A stretch of DNA of 64,000 nucleotides from Macrostomum lignano (Eukaryota), in the NCBI GenBank assembly GCA_002269645.1, contig NIVC01002045.1:1-64000 (forward strand). The letters run 5' to 3'. The notes under the pieces were generated by a model. The model saw nothing but the letters and a program-made list of their open reading frames with translations, ran no database searches and was not told where the DNA came from. A program made the position numbers and the translations under genes. Shown here one piece after another: positions 24,401 through 36,100 of the stretch (position 1 is its first letter; each line of letters opens with the position of its first letter).

Positions 24401-27400
24401 AAATAACTCCTGAAAAAGGCATGTGTAATCTCGTATAAACCATAGACATAAAGACTTTATGGGATATTATTGAATATTACCAAATAAAATCCCGGAGAAC
24501 GCAAATATTGTCACGGAAAGTCTTTATTTCTATGGATTATTATATCATATAATCTCCTCGAAATCAGGAGCAATCGAATTTAATATATGATAAACGCCGT
24601 TTAATTCATCATAGTCTATGGTTAGAATATCCTCGGCTGCAATCAATGGTCCTCGGCTTGCTACGCTCGCCTCGAGACCATTAAACGCAGCCTCGGACAT
24701 TCTAACCACAGAATGTGAATTAAACGGCGTTTATTATTTACTTAACGCCCGATTATTCTGTCCCACTTTGTCAAGGACACAAATGTCTATGGCACAATAA
24801 TAGTAATACCCATACTTTAAGGGCGTTAATGGAAAAGTCAGAGGGCGCCTCTCCCTAAAATAATACGAATAGCTAAATGGATCGAATCCCTTATAATTTT
24901 ATAGAGTTTAATGCGCGCACTATCAACTTTTTACGGCGCCCTCTGACTTTCCATTAACGCCCTTAAAGCATGGGTATTAATGTACTATACAAACCATCAT
25001 GCCATAACGTTTTTCATGAAGGTTAAAACATGCACTGTATTTCATAAGGACTGCATGGAAAGAAAGTCAGAAAAGACCAGCTTGGATATGGAGAAGAGGC
25101 GCCCAAACTTTCCGATAAAGAAGTTGAAGTACTTTTAAATTTGGCACGAGAGAGACCCAGCCAAGCATAGGGATGCTGATACAAACAGTCAGAATGGACG
25201 CTAACTTTGAAGTTAGAACATAGGAAAACAACCTAAAGATATGCTCCACAGACACAGTTTTGTACCAAAAATACACTCAAAAGAGACAAGAGGCAAGAGA
25301 CAAAAGCGCCCACCCTTTTCTCGGGAGAATCTCGTTTCAGTTTAGTGTCAAATTGGAGACTCTGGGCCATAGAAATTTGTTCTGATGTGCGACTCAATGC
25401 TCAAGATCCCACAGGATCCCATCCGTCAGGAAAGTGAGAACAGGAACCGAGAACAGGGAACTGAATGCTGTGAAGTGGCATTAATCATACCAATGGAATT
25501 GTACGGCTCGTACCAATCATACCAAAGCGTTCTCTGTCATTCATTTGTCGAACCATTACGTCAACAGATGAATGGATTCCTCTAAGAACCGCTTCTGCCT
25601 CCAACCTCAAGTTTTCAAGAGACACTCGCTCTAGCATATCCTACCAGGTACTGTTGGAAAGTACGACGCTGAAAAGGCCCTTGAGCTTCGACAGCATGTT
25701 TACCTTTGTCTTTTTTCATAAGTCAGAGAGCAATGCAAATGCTCTCAGTGATGGCCTAACCTGGAATCCATCTGACAAGCTTATCCCTGGAAACCGATTT
25801 CTAGAATTTGATTGTGCATATATAGGCTGTAGTCCTACACAGAAACGGCTGCTGGGAAAGCAAACGAGCTGCTTGTAAGGTTGCAAGGAATTGCGATAAA
25901 AGATATTGGGATTGATTAGCGACGATTACAGCATTTTCTATAGTCACTCCATTGCTCAGGCTATAAGCACGTGAAGCTAGCAGATAGCTAGCAGGAAAAT
26001 GCGGGATTAAACGATTCTGGGACTGACTATTGATTGATGCCAATAAAAATCGTGCACTCTGTGTTGGAGGCCGGCACAAAAGCTGCAGTTGCTGACCGGC
26101 ACAGAAGCAGAAAATGTATCCCTAATAGAAATTAAAGATTTTTAGGCTGATTGTTGCGATAATTTTAGCTCAGGTGTCTACAGACTGGCGCTCATAAATC
26201 ATGTTGAAAATATTCTGCCACTTTGAATCTACTACCAGCGTATTAAATACTTTGCTCTACTCTGCTAATCTCATCACAGGTATTAACTGGGCATCCACTG
26301 CTCCAGAGCAGAGAGCAGAGATTCCAGAATCGAGCCTGGCACGTACTGTAAGGGCATTGTGCTAGAACATTGTAGGCTGCAGCCCCCTTCATCCTGCAAA
26401 CAGCTCAATTTCAACAGCTGACTGATTTGCAAACACTCAACCCCTTCCAGCGCAAGCCGCTGTACTACGAGATCAACCTCATCATGCCCTGCATCGCCAT
26501 CCTCATTGTGGCCCTGTTCGGCTTCCGACTGCCGCCCGAGTCCGGCGAGCGGATCTCCCTGTCCGTCACGGTGCTGCTGGCGCTCAGCGTGTTTCTGCAG
26601 CTGGCCAGCGAGCACACGCCGACTCAGAGCGACGTTGTGCCGCTCATGTGTGAGTCTGCGAGTGCTGCGCTACCCCAGCTTTGTAGCTAATTGTTTAGCC
26701 TGTAAAACTTATTTAATTGTTTGCAGATATTTCTGCACTTGTTAGCACCAGTTCCCTCACACTGAGCAAACACAGGGCTGAAAATGCTCTTGCAGGGCAA
26801 GATAAAACCGCACGCTAAAAGTACACAGACAGGTCATGGCTACAGCCGGTCAGGCGAGAGCAATGCGACTCATACAATAGGACACACTGTTGCAACATGT
26901 ACGCCAACATGGGTTTGTAGCTAACAGGGGTTGCAGCCTCGTAGTAACAGCGTCGGACTCCCGGCTGAAAAGTCAAGGGTTCTATTATCGACCCACTCGG
27001 AACAATTTGAGCGAAAACTCTTAACTCTGCATTGCTTCAGTTCACCTAACTGTAAAATGGATTTCAGCATTAGCTGGGGGTCATTGAGGATGTGTGGTAA
27101 CCCCCCAGTCCTTGGACTGAATAGTTGTACGCAGCCTTCAGATGCGCCGCGTAATAGCTGCGGCTGAGCTGTTTGGTTGCACATCATACAGCGGCCCTGA
27201 CTTTCAGACATGTGCATTGTGAACTCTCTTAGCCTTGAATGTTGGCCCTCATTTGGGGTGTGAATTGAACAACACCCCCGGCCAATTTCCGTGAGGTGAG
27301 CAAGCTCTAAACTATTGGAACCAGTGTCGTGGGCTTGAGAGCCAGCGTTTTTGAGCGTACCACGGAGCTGTTAAGCTTATACTTATACTCTAGTCTCTGA

Positions 27401-29938
27401 AACTGAATACAGTGGGCTTAGTAGGCATACACTAGAGATACTACACGTACTACACATACACTTTTCAGCCCGCTACTTCATGGTCGCCATCGGCATGTCC
27501 TCGTTGTGCGTTCTGGGCAGCATCCTGGTGCTGCTGCTGCAATCCAACGGCAAGCAGGCCAAGCGAATGGGCCACCAAACTGAGCTGTTCTTCACTCTGC
27601 TGTGCCGCCTCATCTGCTATCCGGGCTTCCAGGAAGCTGGAGCGAACGCCAGCGGCTGCAGAGGTGACGGAGGCACCCACGGAGGCAACAGGCACCAGAA
27701 TCGCGTCAACAGGCGCTCGGTAGGCTATCGATTTTCCTAAAAATCATTTTAGTGCAGGAAGCTCGGTTCCATGGAACAATTAAACTTCCAGCGTTTTTAA
27801 GATGAGTGTACGGAGTTGTAGTGTCAGTGGAGGTTTCGAAGCCCCAGCTCACTGTTACTATTCGTATTATAAAGAGAGCGGTCTCTGGGTGTTGGGACGC
27901 TCCGAGTAGATAAATTGCCTTCTTTGGCATTTGGAACGCGTAGTTTCGGCCTGATGCAGCGTGGGGTGCTGGGAGTTCACAAAGCACTCCTATGCAAGTA
28001 CAGGTAGCAGTAATGACAGCAGTACCGAATGATACCTCTGGTCCCGTAACTATATATGCTACCGAACAGCCAATAAGGATGCAATAGCCTTTACTGATAC
28101 GACTAGGGTAACAGTTCGAGCAATTGCAAATGTATAAATATAGGGGCAGCACTTACCAGTCGAGTCAGTTCTACACCATTTTACCTTCAATTTCATTCTC
28201 AAAACTCCAATTCACTTTAGACAATCAAAAGTTGAACTTCGACACTTCTAGCTCTGTACATGTAAATCTACGAGTACATTCGTTTTAGACAAACTCCTTT
28301 TCAATATCGACAGAAAGCGCAAATTTGTATGAGGAAGAAAGCCTATACAATAGGCTTTATGTTGTTGTAAATGTTATTGGCGTATGTTGTTGGCACTGAC
28401 AAAACTCCATTTCCTTTCCGTCAAAATGCAAATAATATCCACAATCTATTGACGCAACTTCTATTAACTCTGGTTCACTTTCGTCAAAGTACGTCAAAGT
28501 AGTGAATCAGAGTTTATAGAAGTCTTCTGATTGTCTAAGGTGAATCGAAGTTCGAATAAAATTGAAGGAAAACTTGTGTAATTGCAATAGCCTTCTGTTT
28601 GTACTGACCGCTGGGATTTAGTCCGTTTATTTCCCGTCTCTTCGCAGTGAAAAGGATTTTCGAAATAACCGCCTTTACGCAAATCGGCCAATAAATATAC
28701 TCAAACGCCTGCCCGAACAAAAGGGGGAGAGAGAAACAGGGCAAGGGGCACAGCCAATCACGCGGAGGGCAGAGCCACGCAGGGCTGAAATACATCTGAG
28801 AGATAAGAAAAAAGGCTCACTGCCAACCAATCAGCTTCCAGCACAGGCGCGCACGATAGGGTGGGGCCTAATGGACATGGCGTCAACCCCCTAACCAAGT
28901 CCGCACTGTTTTGGAGGGGTCTACGACGTTTCCCAGCCGGACGTTTGCCAGCCGACGTTTGCCAGCCGACGTTTGCCAGCCGACGTTTGCCAGCCGACGT
29001 TTGCCAGCGGGACGGTTGCCAGCCGACGTTTGCCTTTACTTTAGACTTTAGTTGTGAGACGCTTCGTTGTCTTCTTATTGACCTTGATGTCAGTGACGCT
29101 TTGGTGCTGCTAGTTTGGACAGTTTTAGTTACATCGGCTGCTTTGGTATCTGTTACTAAAACCTACTTAAAATATCAAGAAGACGAAGAGTGTTCTAGTG
29201 AGCAGTAGTTTGTTAGTATCCTGTATAACCTGTCCGCAGTTTTTTTAAATGCAAGTACATGTAAGCCTAGAGAGGGCATAATTCTTTAACAAGTGTCCGG
29301 CTGGTAAAAGTCCCGCTGGCATACGTCGCCGGCAAACGTCGCTATCCCGTTTTGGAGTGGCTGGCCCAAAGAGCCAAACTAAAACTGAGCAGTGCCCATG
29401 CACTATAGAGTCTTGCGAAGAATTAAAATCAACATAACAATGAGCCATTTACTAGAAAAATGTCACGCATAATTCTTTTATTTTGCAGATTAGCCCGAGC
29501 AAAAGCAGCAACGGCAGAAGCAACAGCAGAGGCAAAAACACCATTTCGCCGACAGCCTCGTCTACCATCGTGTCCAGCAGCATGGATATGGAGGAGATTG
29601 ACATTGATGAACTGCGCGTCCGAGCTGAGCGCAGTTCGACTGCTGATGTGCCGCCGCCACCGTCTCCTCAGCTGCCGCCGCCGCAGTGGGCGGCTGATGC
29701 TCTGAACCGAGTCAGCTCAACCCTGACGGAGATTCATCTGGCCATGGCCCAGTCGAAGGACTCCAAGCGATGGGAGCGACGTTGGGAGGACGCCGCCCAG
29801 GTCACGGACAGGCTGATGTTCTACATCTCCATGGTGGGCTTCATCGGACTCATCCTGACCGTCTTGATAGTCCGACCCAGCGAAGCCATTAGCGCCGCCA
29901 CCGACTGCAAGCAGTTTCGCACCGCCTCGATGATCTGA
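21481..29938 (+). CDS. Nicotinic acetylcholine receptor-like alpha subunit, copy B (541 aa predicted, apparently intact)
   Basis: Exons 21481-21696, 22102-22146, 22218-22345, 22434-22770, 26451-26649, 27469-27719, 29489-29938. Internal exon sizes 45/128/337/199/251 are identical to copy A. Loop C is YACCDAPYPD. Confidence 0.94.
23281..23555. repeat. Minisatellite, about 9 units of about 28-33 bp (TAAGCCTTGACATCTTAGCAATTCCC)
   Basis: Directly visible in intron 4 of copy B. Absent from copies C and D. Confidence 0.9.
23870..24010 (-). mobile_element. Helitron/Helentron-associated non-autonomous element end (DINE-like)
   Basis: The minus strand reads ATCTATATAT...(CTGT)n...AAACGGCTCAACCGATTTCCACCAAACTT, the same layout as 30123 onward. 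Confidence 0.45.
24332..24733. repeat. Three consecutive fold-back (palindromic) modules
   Basis: Inverted arms at 24332-24430, at 24440-24458/24517-24535, and at 24591-24733 (TAAACGCCGTTTAATTCA / TGAATTAAACGGCGTTTA). Confidence 0.85.
24806..24977. mobile_element. MITE with about 44-bp TIRs and TA target duplication (Tc1/mariner-like)
   Basis: ATACCCATACTTTAAGGGCGTTAATGGAAAAGTCAGAGGGCGCC / GGCGCCCTCTGACTTTCCATTAACGCCCTTAAAGCATGGGTAT, flanked by TA at 24804 and 24978. Confidence 0.8.
26928..27205 (+). mobile_element. tRNA-derived SINE with CORE/Meta-like domain, intron 5 of copy B
   Basis: Degenerate A and B boxes, then TTAACTCTGCATTGCTTCAGTTCACCTAACTGTAAAATGG and the shared 3' tail. It occupies the same site as the copy C insertion. 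Confidence 0.7.
28917..29348. mobile_element. Mutator-like MITE
   Basis: The 9-bp TSD GTTTTGGAG lies at 28908-28916 and 29349-29357. GGG...CCC termini. The left TIR contains tandem GACGTTTGCCAGCC units, mirrored once on the right. Confidence 0.8.
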
Positions 29939-30122
29939 CAGAGAGATCTGACCGAGTATTCCGCCAGATTTAAAGTAGAAATGCCACAAAAACTGTTTGC
30001 AGTCATTTCTTTGTGCGCTCGAATGGACCTGAGCAGGTTCGAACTCGCATCAAACATAATAACATTACCGTTGTAAGAAAGGAAGCCAATTACCAGTTAC
30101 CTGAGTTCGACTCCGGGCTTCA

Positions 30123-30380
30123 TCTATACCAATAAAAGTGAAAGCCCTGTCTGTCTGTGTGTCTGTGTACGAATTACTTCGCTATGGACTCCCAAACTGC
30201 TCAACCAAATTAAACTAAATTTTACACTCACCCTAAACCGTAGATCTTATATTCCGGAAAGTGTCATAGGCCAACGATCATATATACACAAGATGGGCCA
30301 CTCATTAACCGCTAATGTGGCCATAGAAGTAAATGTGAAAAAAATTTGCAACTCGCGACAGCGCGAAAATCAACTACTGA
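30123..30380 (+). mobile_element. Helitron-like non-autonomous element
   Basis: Starts TC after A, exactly where similarity to the copy C downstream region (about 57915) breaks. (CTGT)n tract. Subterminal hairpin TCGCG-ACAG-CGCGA near 30355. Confidence 0.45.
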
Positions 30381-30874
30381 ACTCAATTTACATTAGTAGT
30401 CAATTTCGTTAGTAGTTTCTGCAGTGCATGAATCATTCCTAGTTGGATTGAGCATAGCTTTTTATTTAATTCATGAGAAATTCTATCAAATTCTCAAAAA
30501 ATAGTTTCTATGTCCCTAAGCTACTGAATTCAAAATTTAAGCACAAGTTACGAAAAACAGCAGTCGCGCTTTCTCTATTGCTGCAACACAAAGTGGCCTA
30601 CCTAGGAAATAGAAGATCTATATGTCATAAGTTACCTTAAATTTTCTTAAATCTAGTCTTCCTACCTAAAAAGCAAAAAAACTGCTAAAAAGTGGATTTA
30701 TTTGCTAATTCCACCATAGCGCCGCTCCACTTTAACCAATCATCTTCAAATTTGATACAAACAATCTCTTTAACTATTTTGACACGATAATGTAAAATTT
30801 TAAAGTTAATCCCGAACGGCGCTGTGAACTTTTAAAGTTAGTCTGCTTTTTGTCAGGGGAGCACTAGAGCACGA

Positions 30875-31460
30875 GGCAGGAAGTTTCCCCGCCGAGACTT
30901 TCCCGCAGCGAGGTTTTCCCGAGAGAATTTTTCCCGCAGGGTTTTTCCAGTCCAACTTTCAAGTCAAATACAGTCTATAGACAATGCTAGACTAGATTAG
31001 AACTAGCCTAGACAAGATTATACTAGACTGGATTGGACTAGACTAGACTGGATTGGACTAGACTAGACTGGATTGGACTAGACTAGACTGGATTGGACTA
31101 GACTAGACTGGATTAGACTAGACTAGACTGGATTGGACTAGACTAGACTAGTCCACCCTAAGATATCCCTCAGATTTACCCTTAGATATCCCTCAGTTCA
31201 CCCTTAGATATCCCTCAGATTCACCCTTAGATATCCCTCAGATTCACCCTTAGATATCCCACCCTTAGTTTAGACGCTAGACTAAACTAAGCTAGACTAG
31301 GCTAGGCTAGACTAAACATTCACTAGACTAGATTAAAAAAGACTAGATTAGAACTAGATTAAGCTAGATTTCAAATCCGATTGGATTGGAAATTCCAACT
31401 GGAAAAAACCTGCAGGAAATGCTCGCGCGGGCAAACCTCGGCGGGAAAACTTCCTGCGGG
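30875..31460. mobile_element. MITE with long TIRs enclosing two minisatellites
   Basis: GCAGGAAGTTTCCCCGCCGAG / CTCGGCGGGAAAACTTCCTGC and GCAGGGTTTTTCCAGT / ACTGGAAAAAACCTGC. Internal 20-bp array (GACTAGACTGGATTGGACTA, about x6) and 23-bp array (CACCCTTAGATATCCCTCAGATT, about x5). The TSD was not resolved. Confidence 0.7.
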
Positions 31461-33064
31461 AAATTCTCATAGACTCTTTGTTTGTTTTGTCAGCGAGACA
31501 GCCACCATAACCGCCGCCTCTCCCCCCTTCCCTTATCTGGCCAGATGTGTAAAAGGGGTTTTAAAATTGACTAACTTTCGGCTGCCATAAGTTTGCTCCA
31601 TGTGATCTTCCTGCAGCGTGATCTTCCGTAGGGAAGAAATTGGCTCGTCTTGTCGCCCGAAGGAACTGGACGAACCGTGGGATGCTGTCGGGCTGGCAGA
31701 CCTCGTCAATGGACGGGTTCGGCCCGAGGTAGCGTAGCCGGTCTCTCGTAAAAAAGAGCAGTGGCAGACAAAGTGCTGAGCATATTCGTTGTCATATTAG
31801 CAAAAAGGGAAAAGTTCACTCTCGAGGTCGCCTCGGAGAAAGCAGTGTCTGTCGAGGTAGCCATGGCCTAGCCATGGCCTGTAAGGGTCATGGCAAGGGC
31901 GCGAGTTTTGTTCCTTGAATACGAGTATCCTTCCGGTTTTGGTTCAGAAGGATGTTCCTGAGCCTGCGAGAGGAGCACGGAACCGCGACTGCTAACAGTT
32001 CTGGGTGCCCGCCCATCTATCCCTGTGAAGGGGATCACAGGGAATGTGCCCGTAGATGGGATAGGGACCAGGGGCTCAGAGCCTAGGAAGGAGCCAGCGC
32101 CGCCCCTCTTAGCGAGGATGTTTGCCAACTCGTTTCCAAAGAACCCTGCGTGCCCTGGGATCCACTTCAGCCTGACAGTATTGCTACTGGCCAGGAGGTT
32201 GAGCTGCCGGGCACAGTCAGCGACTGTCCGGGAGTTCGTGTTGGTGTGGCAAAGGGCCTGTAAGGCCGCTTGGCTGTCAGAGTGGATGAGGATAGTCTCT
32301 CCTCTCGTACCCTTGGCCCATTTTGGAAGATCGTAGAAAGTCTGACAGTGTGCTGGGGTGTGCTGTGCTGCTAAAAATAAAAAACTATTTGTGGCCGTGC
32401 GATGGCTGAACATGTACATGATCCACCTGGGGAGATGTGAGTGCGTTTTCCTCTCACAGGGGGCTCTTTGGAACGTTATCGAAGGCGCTAATGATGTCCA
32501 GGAAGATCCCCAGTGCGAAGCCGTTTCCAGGCATGGCCTTCTCTAGTTTATCGCCCAGGACAGGCAACGCGCTTTCGGTGGAGCTACCCGCCCGAAAGGC
32601 GTGCTGGTTCTCGCTGAGAGGCTTGTCTTCATCTCCCCAGAGAGAAGGCGCCAGAGCATCAGTCTCTCCATCAAGCTTGACCATGGAGGTCAGTCGGATC
32701 GGTCTGAAGGATTTGATAGAATGGTATTCCGGGCGCCCTGGCTCAGGGATAAAAATCCCCTTTGCCTCGGTCCAAGCCTGAGGGACATAACGAAGCGTTA
32801 TGCATGGCCGAGAAAGGCTGCAAAGCTTACGCAGGAAACCTGGGCATTTAACCGCCTCTCTTAGGAGGGCAGGTACGATACCTTCGGGTCCTGGAGCTTT
32901 GAAAGGTTTGAATGAGTTAGCCGCTCTTCTCGTGATGCTGTCCTCCGTGATGATAGAGGCAGCCAGAGCGTGACCTCCTTCCAAGTGATCCGGAGTGGTC
33001 TGGTTAGCCGTCTCCTTGGGGAAAAACGCAGAGAGCATTACGTCAAGCGTATCCCTGGGTTATC

Positions 33065-33141
33065 GCATACGAAGGCGTATTCAGCATGCCAGTGAAGTAT
33101 GAGACAGACTAGGCCTACGAGCTAAGGTCTGCGATGCTTCA
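33065..33141 (+). ncRNA. Candidate HDV-like self-cleaving ribozyme at the element 5' end
   Basis: Aligns without gaps to 52223-52147(-). Compensatory changes fall in the putative P1, P2 and P3. P4 (CAGAC/GUCUG) is followed by CGA. See findings. Confidence 0.55.
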
Positions 33142-36100
33142 CGCCTGCCCCTATCTTTAGCACGTCAAGGCTGGTGGGAGGTCTGCACCCTCTATTTGCT
33201 TCTGGCAGCTGCAGACCCCCCCCCCCACGCTGTCTCGCAAGTCGACCCAGTGGTACTCGTCCCCGCGTGTGTTCAAGGCAGACCCTAGGGCTGCTGGACA
33301 GACTGGGCTCCGGCGCTGGGGACCCATCCTGTGGCTTCGGCCGAATTTGGGCATGCGGGTCTGGCTTGCCAGCCTGCAGGCCGTGGTACTGCTTAACGTA
33401 CCCTCTAATGCCTAAGGTGTTTGACCGTGCCGATGGGCTGGAAGGCCGGTCGCTAGCGGTCCCTTTTTCAAACCGGCTGGCTTGGGGTGTCGGCCAGTCG
33501 GGTACTCAACTCGCATAACGAGTAGCCCTCCCCCGCTTTTCAGCTATGGCCACTAATGCCAATTTTACCAATGAAACTGCCCCGTCGCCACTGGCCCACC
33601 GTGATCAGCCGCTCCGGTAGCTACCACTGGTAGCTCCAACGTCAAACCTGGTCCAACCGGGCCAGCTAACGCTGCTGCCGAGCACCCTGGCCGCCATTCT
33701 AGTCGACCGCGCACGGCCGAGTCCCGACGGCAGCGAAACATCCGCCGCAACCGTAAGCGGCAGGAGAAGCGGGCTGCTGCTGCGTCAGCAGAGGGCGGAC
33801 AAGCCGCGGTGAGGCCTTCGGGAACCACCGCAGCGGGAAGGCCCTCTGGGGAGTCCGGTGGCGCGGCTGGGCCGTAAGGAACCGCCGTGTCCTCGGACTC
33901 TCAGGGGGGCAACCCTGCCGGCCTACCGCCTTCCAAGGACAAAGCGGCCCCGCTCAAGACCTCCGAGTCCTACGCCTCCAAGGTCAAGCAGCCGCTGCAA
34001 CCCGCCGTGATGATCCTCGGCGGAGATTTCGACCTGACGCCCGAGCAGCTCGACGTCGCGTAGCGTACCATCGACGAGGTCCTACTCAAACTAACCCTTG
34101 AGGGCGTCTTCGTGGACATCGCCAAGTCCACCAAGGCGAACAGGTGCATCCTTCTGTGGTGAAAATCCGAGGAGAGCACCCAGCTCCTGCGGGATCAGCT
34201 GCCCCAAGTTCGACTGGCACAGCGACCTGGGCCAGCTGACCTTCGCCCTGGAGAGCGAGCGGCCGAAGACCATCCGCCATCGGATTTGGGTCCCGGCCGA
34301 CAGTGCAATCAAGTCCGGGGAGCAGCTGCGGCAGCTCCTGCTCAAGCGGCACCCGGATCTCGACGCCAGTGGTCTTGTGTAACCACAACACGGTCCGCAA
34401 GGGCACGACCGGAGCCACCGTCATCCTCGGCCTGACGGAGGGATGGGCCAAGCGGCTACCGCATGGCTCAAACCTCCACCTTAGTCACCACCAACTGACC
34501 ATCCTCCGCTGTGAGGAGGGCAAAGTGGAGACTAAGAACGACGGGAAGCGCGCCGCACCCGGAGTTGGGGCTCAGGCTCCGCCGGCCAAGCGGCAGCAGC
34601 AACCCGATCCCGAGCCTAACAAGGCCATTCTCGTTGCTGAGTCTGCCTCGCGCGGACGTAGACCCGCCCGCAGTAACCGGCGGTCCGGGCTAATCCAGCG
34701 CGCACTCGACGAAGCTCAGTCTCTGAGACTCCACCTCGAGCGGACTCGTGCCACTCGTAAAACTACTCAAAGCCAACCAAAGGAACTGGACGACGGCACG
34801 GCTCAGCCATCCAACTGGTGGGATTGCCAGACTCCCGACGGCGGGGCGCAAGGCGAAGGCAGCAGCCGTACCCCAGTCGCTGGGGAGGAGGGCGGTGCAG
34901 CGCGGCTAGGTGACTCACCTGCCGTGGGTGCCGTGTCCGCCTCCAGGCTGAGCCTGAGCCAATGGAAATTGACGACTCACCGATGAGGCTTAGAATCAGT
35001 TGCTTTTCTCCTCCCCTCGACAGTAGACATGACCGTCTCCCAGGGTATTCACTGCTTGCAGGTCAACCTGCAGCACAGCACAGCTTCAGTCAACCTCTTG
35101 AAGCACACTGACCAACACGCACCAGGGATTATCCTTATCCAGGAACCTTGGACGCTAAGGGGCAGCCCCCAACAAGTCCCCACCGGCTACCAGTGTCTAA
35201 CCGCTGGCACCCGGGAGGGAAACCTGGCACCAAGATCCTGCATCATGGTGTCCAGTTCTATTAACGCATGGCTCAGATCGGACCTGTCCACCAGGGACAT
35301 CTGCGTCATCCAATCCGAAGACATACTCCCTGGGAGGACTACCCTCATCACCTCGGTTTACCTACCGGGCGACGGCGAGATGATCCCAGGAGAGCTTGTC
35401 ACACTGGTCGAGCTCTGCTCCTCCAGAAATTATGAGCTGCTTGTGGCAGGCGATATCAACGCCCACCACACCCACTGGGGCAGTTCTGATATTAACCAGA
35501 GAGGTGAAGACTTCCTGGCTTATATAGCTACTACAACCCTTGAGTTCTGTAACTCGGGTAGTACCCCTACCTTCAATAACGGACGCCGATCGGAGGTGCT
35601 GGATGCCACCCTCGCCACGCCCAGGCTCTTCCAGAGCACTAGGGAGTGGCAGGTGCTTCCTGAGGCGTCCCTCTCCGATCACAAGTTCATCTCTTTCACG
35701 CTGGCCAGCGCCCGAAACGCAGGCCAGCTTTACTGGAAACGGAATGCTAGGAATACCGATTGGACCGCCTTCAGGCTTGCCGTGGAGGAGACCTATCGTT
35801 GCACTAGCACTCCAGTCTCCATCAAAACCTGCGAGGAAGCAGATGAATCTGTGGCCGTACTTACGGACTCGCTCACTGCTGCCTGCGAAGCCTCATGCCC
35901 ACTAAAGGCATATAAAGGCAAACAGTCGGCCCCATGGTGGAAGCCGCAGCTTGGCGACCTCCGTCGCAGAGCCAAAAGGCTTCACCGTAGGGCCCATAAA
36001 ACTAAAAACCCGGCCGACCAAACCGCCTACCTGAACTCCATCCACGAGTTCAAGAGGCAGGTTAGGAACGCCAAAACCAACAAGTGGCGCGAATACTGTG

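Noticed and set aside
30848-31497. TTTTGTCAG as a 9-bp TSD of the 30875-31460 MITE
   Set aside because: It is not symmetric with the TIR ends, so the superfamily was left unassigned.
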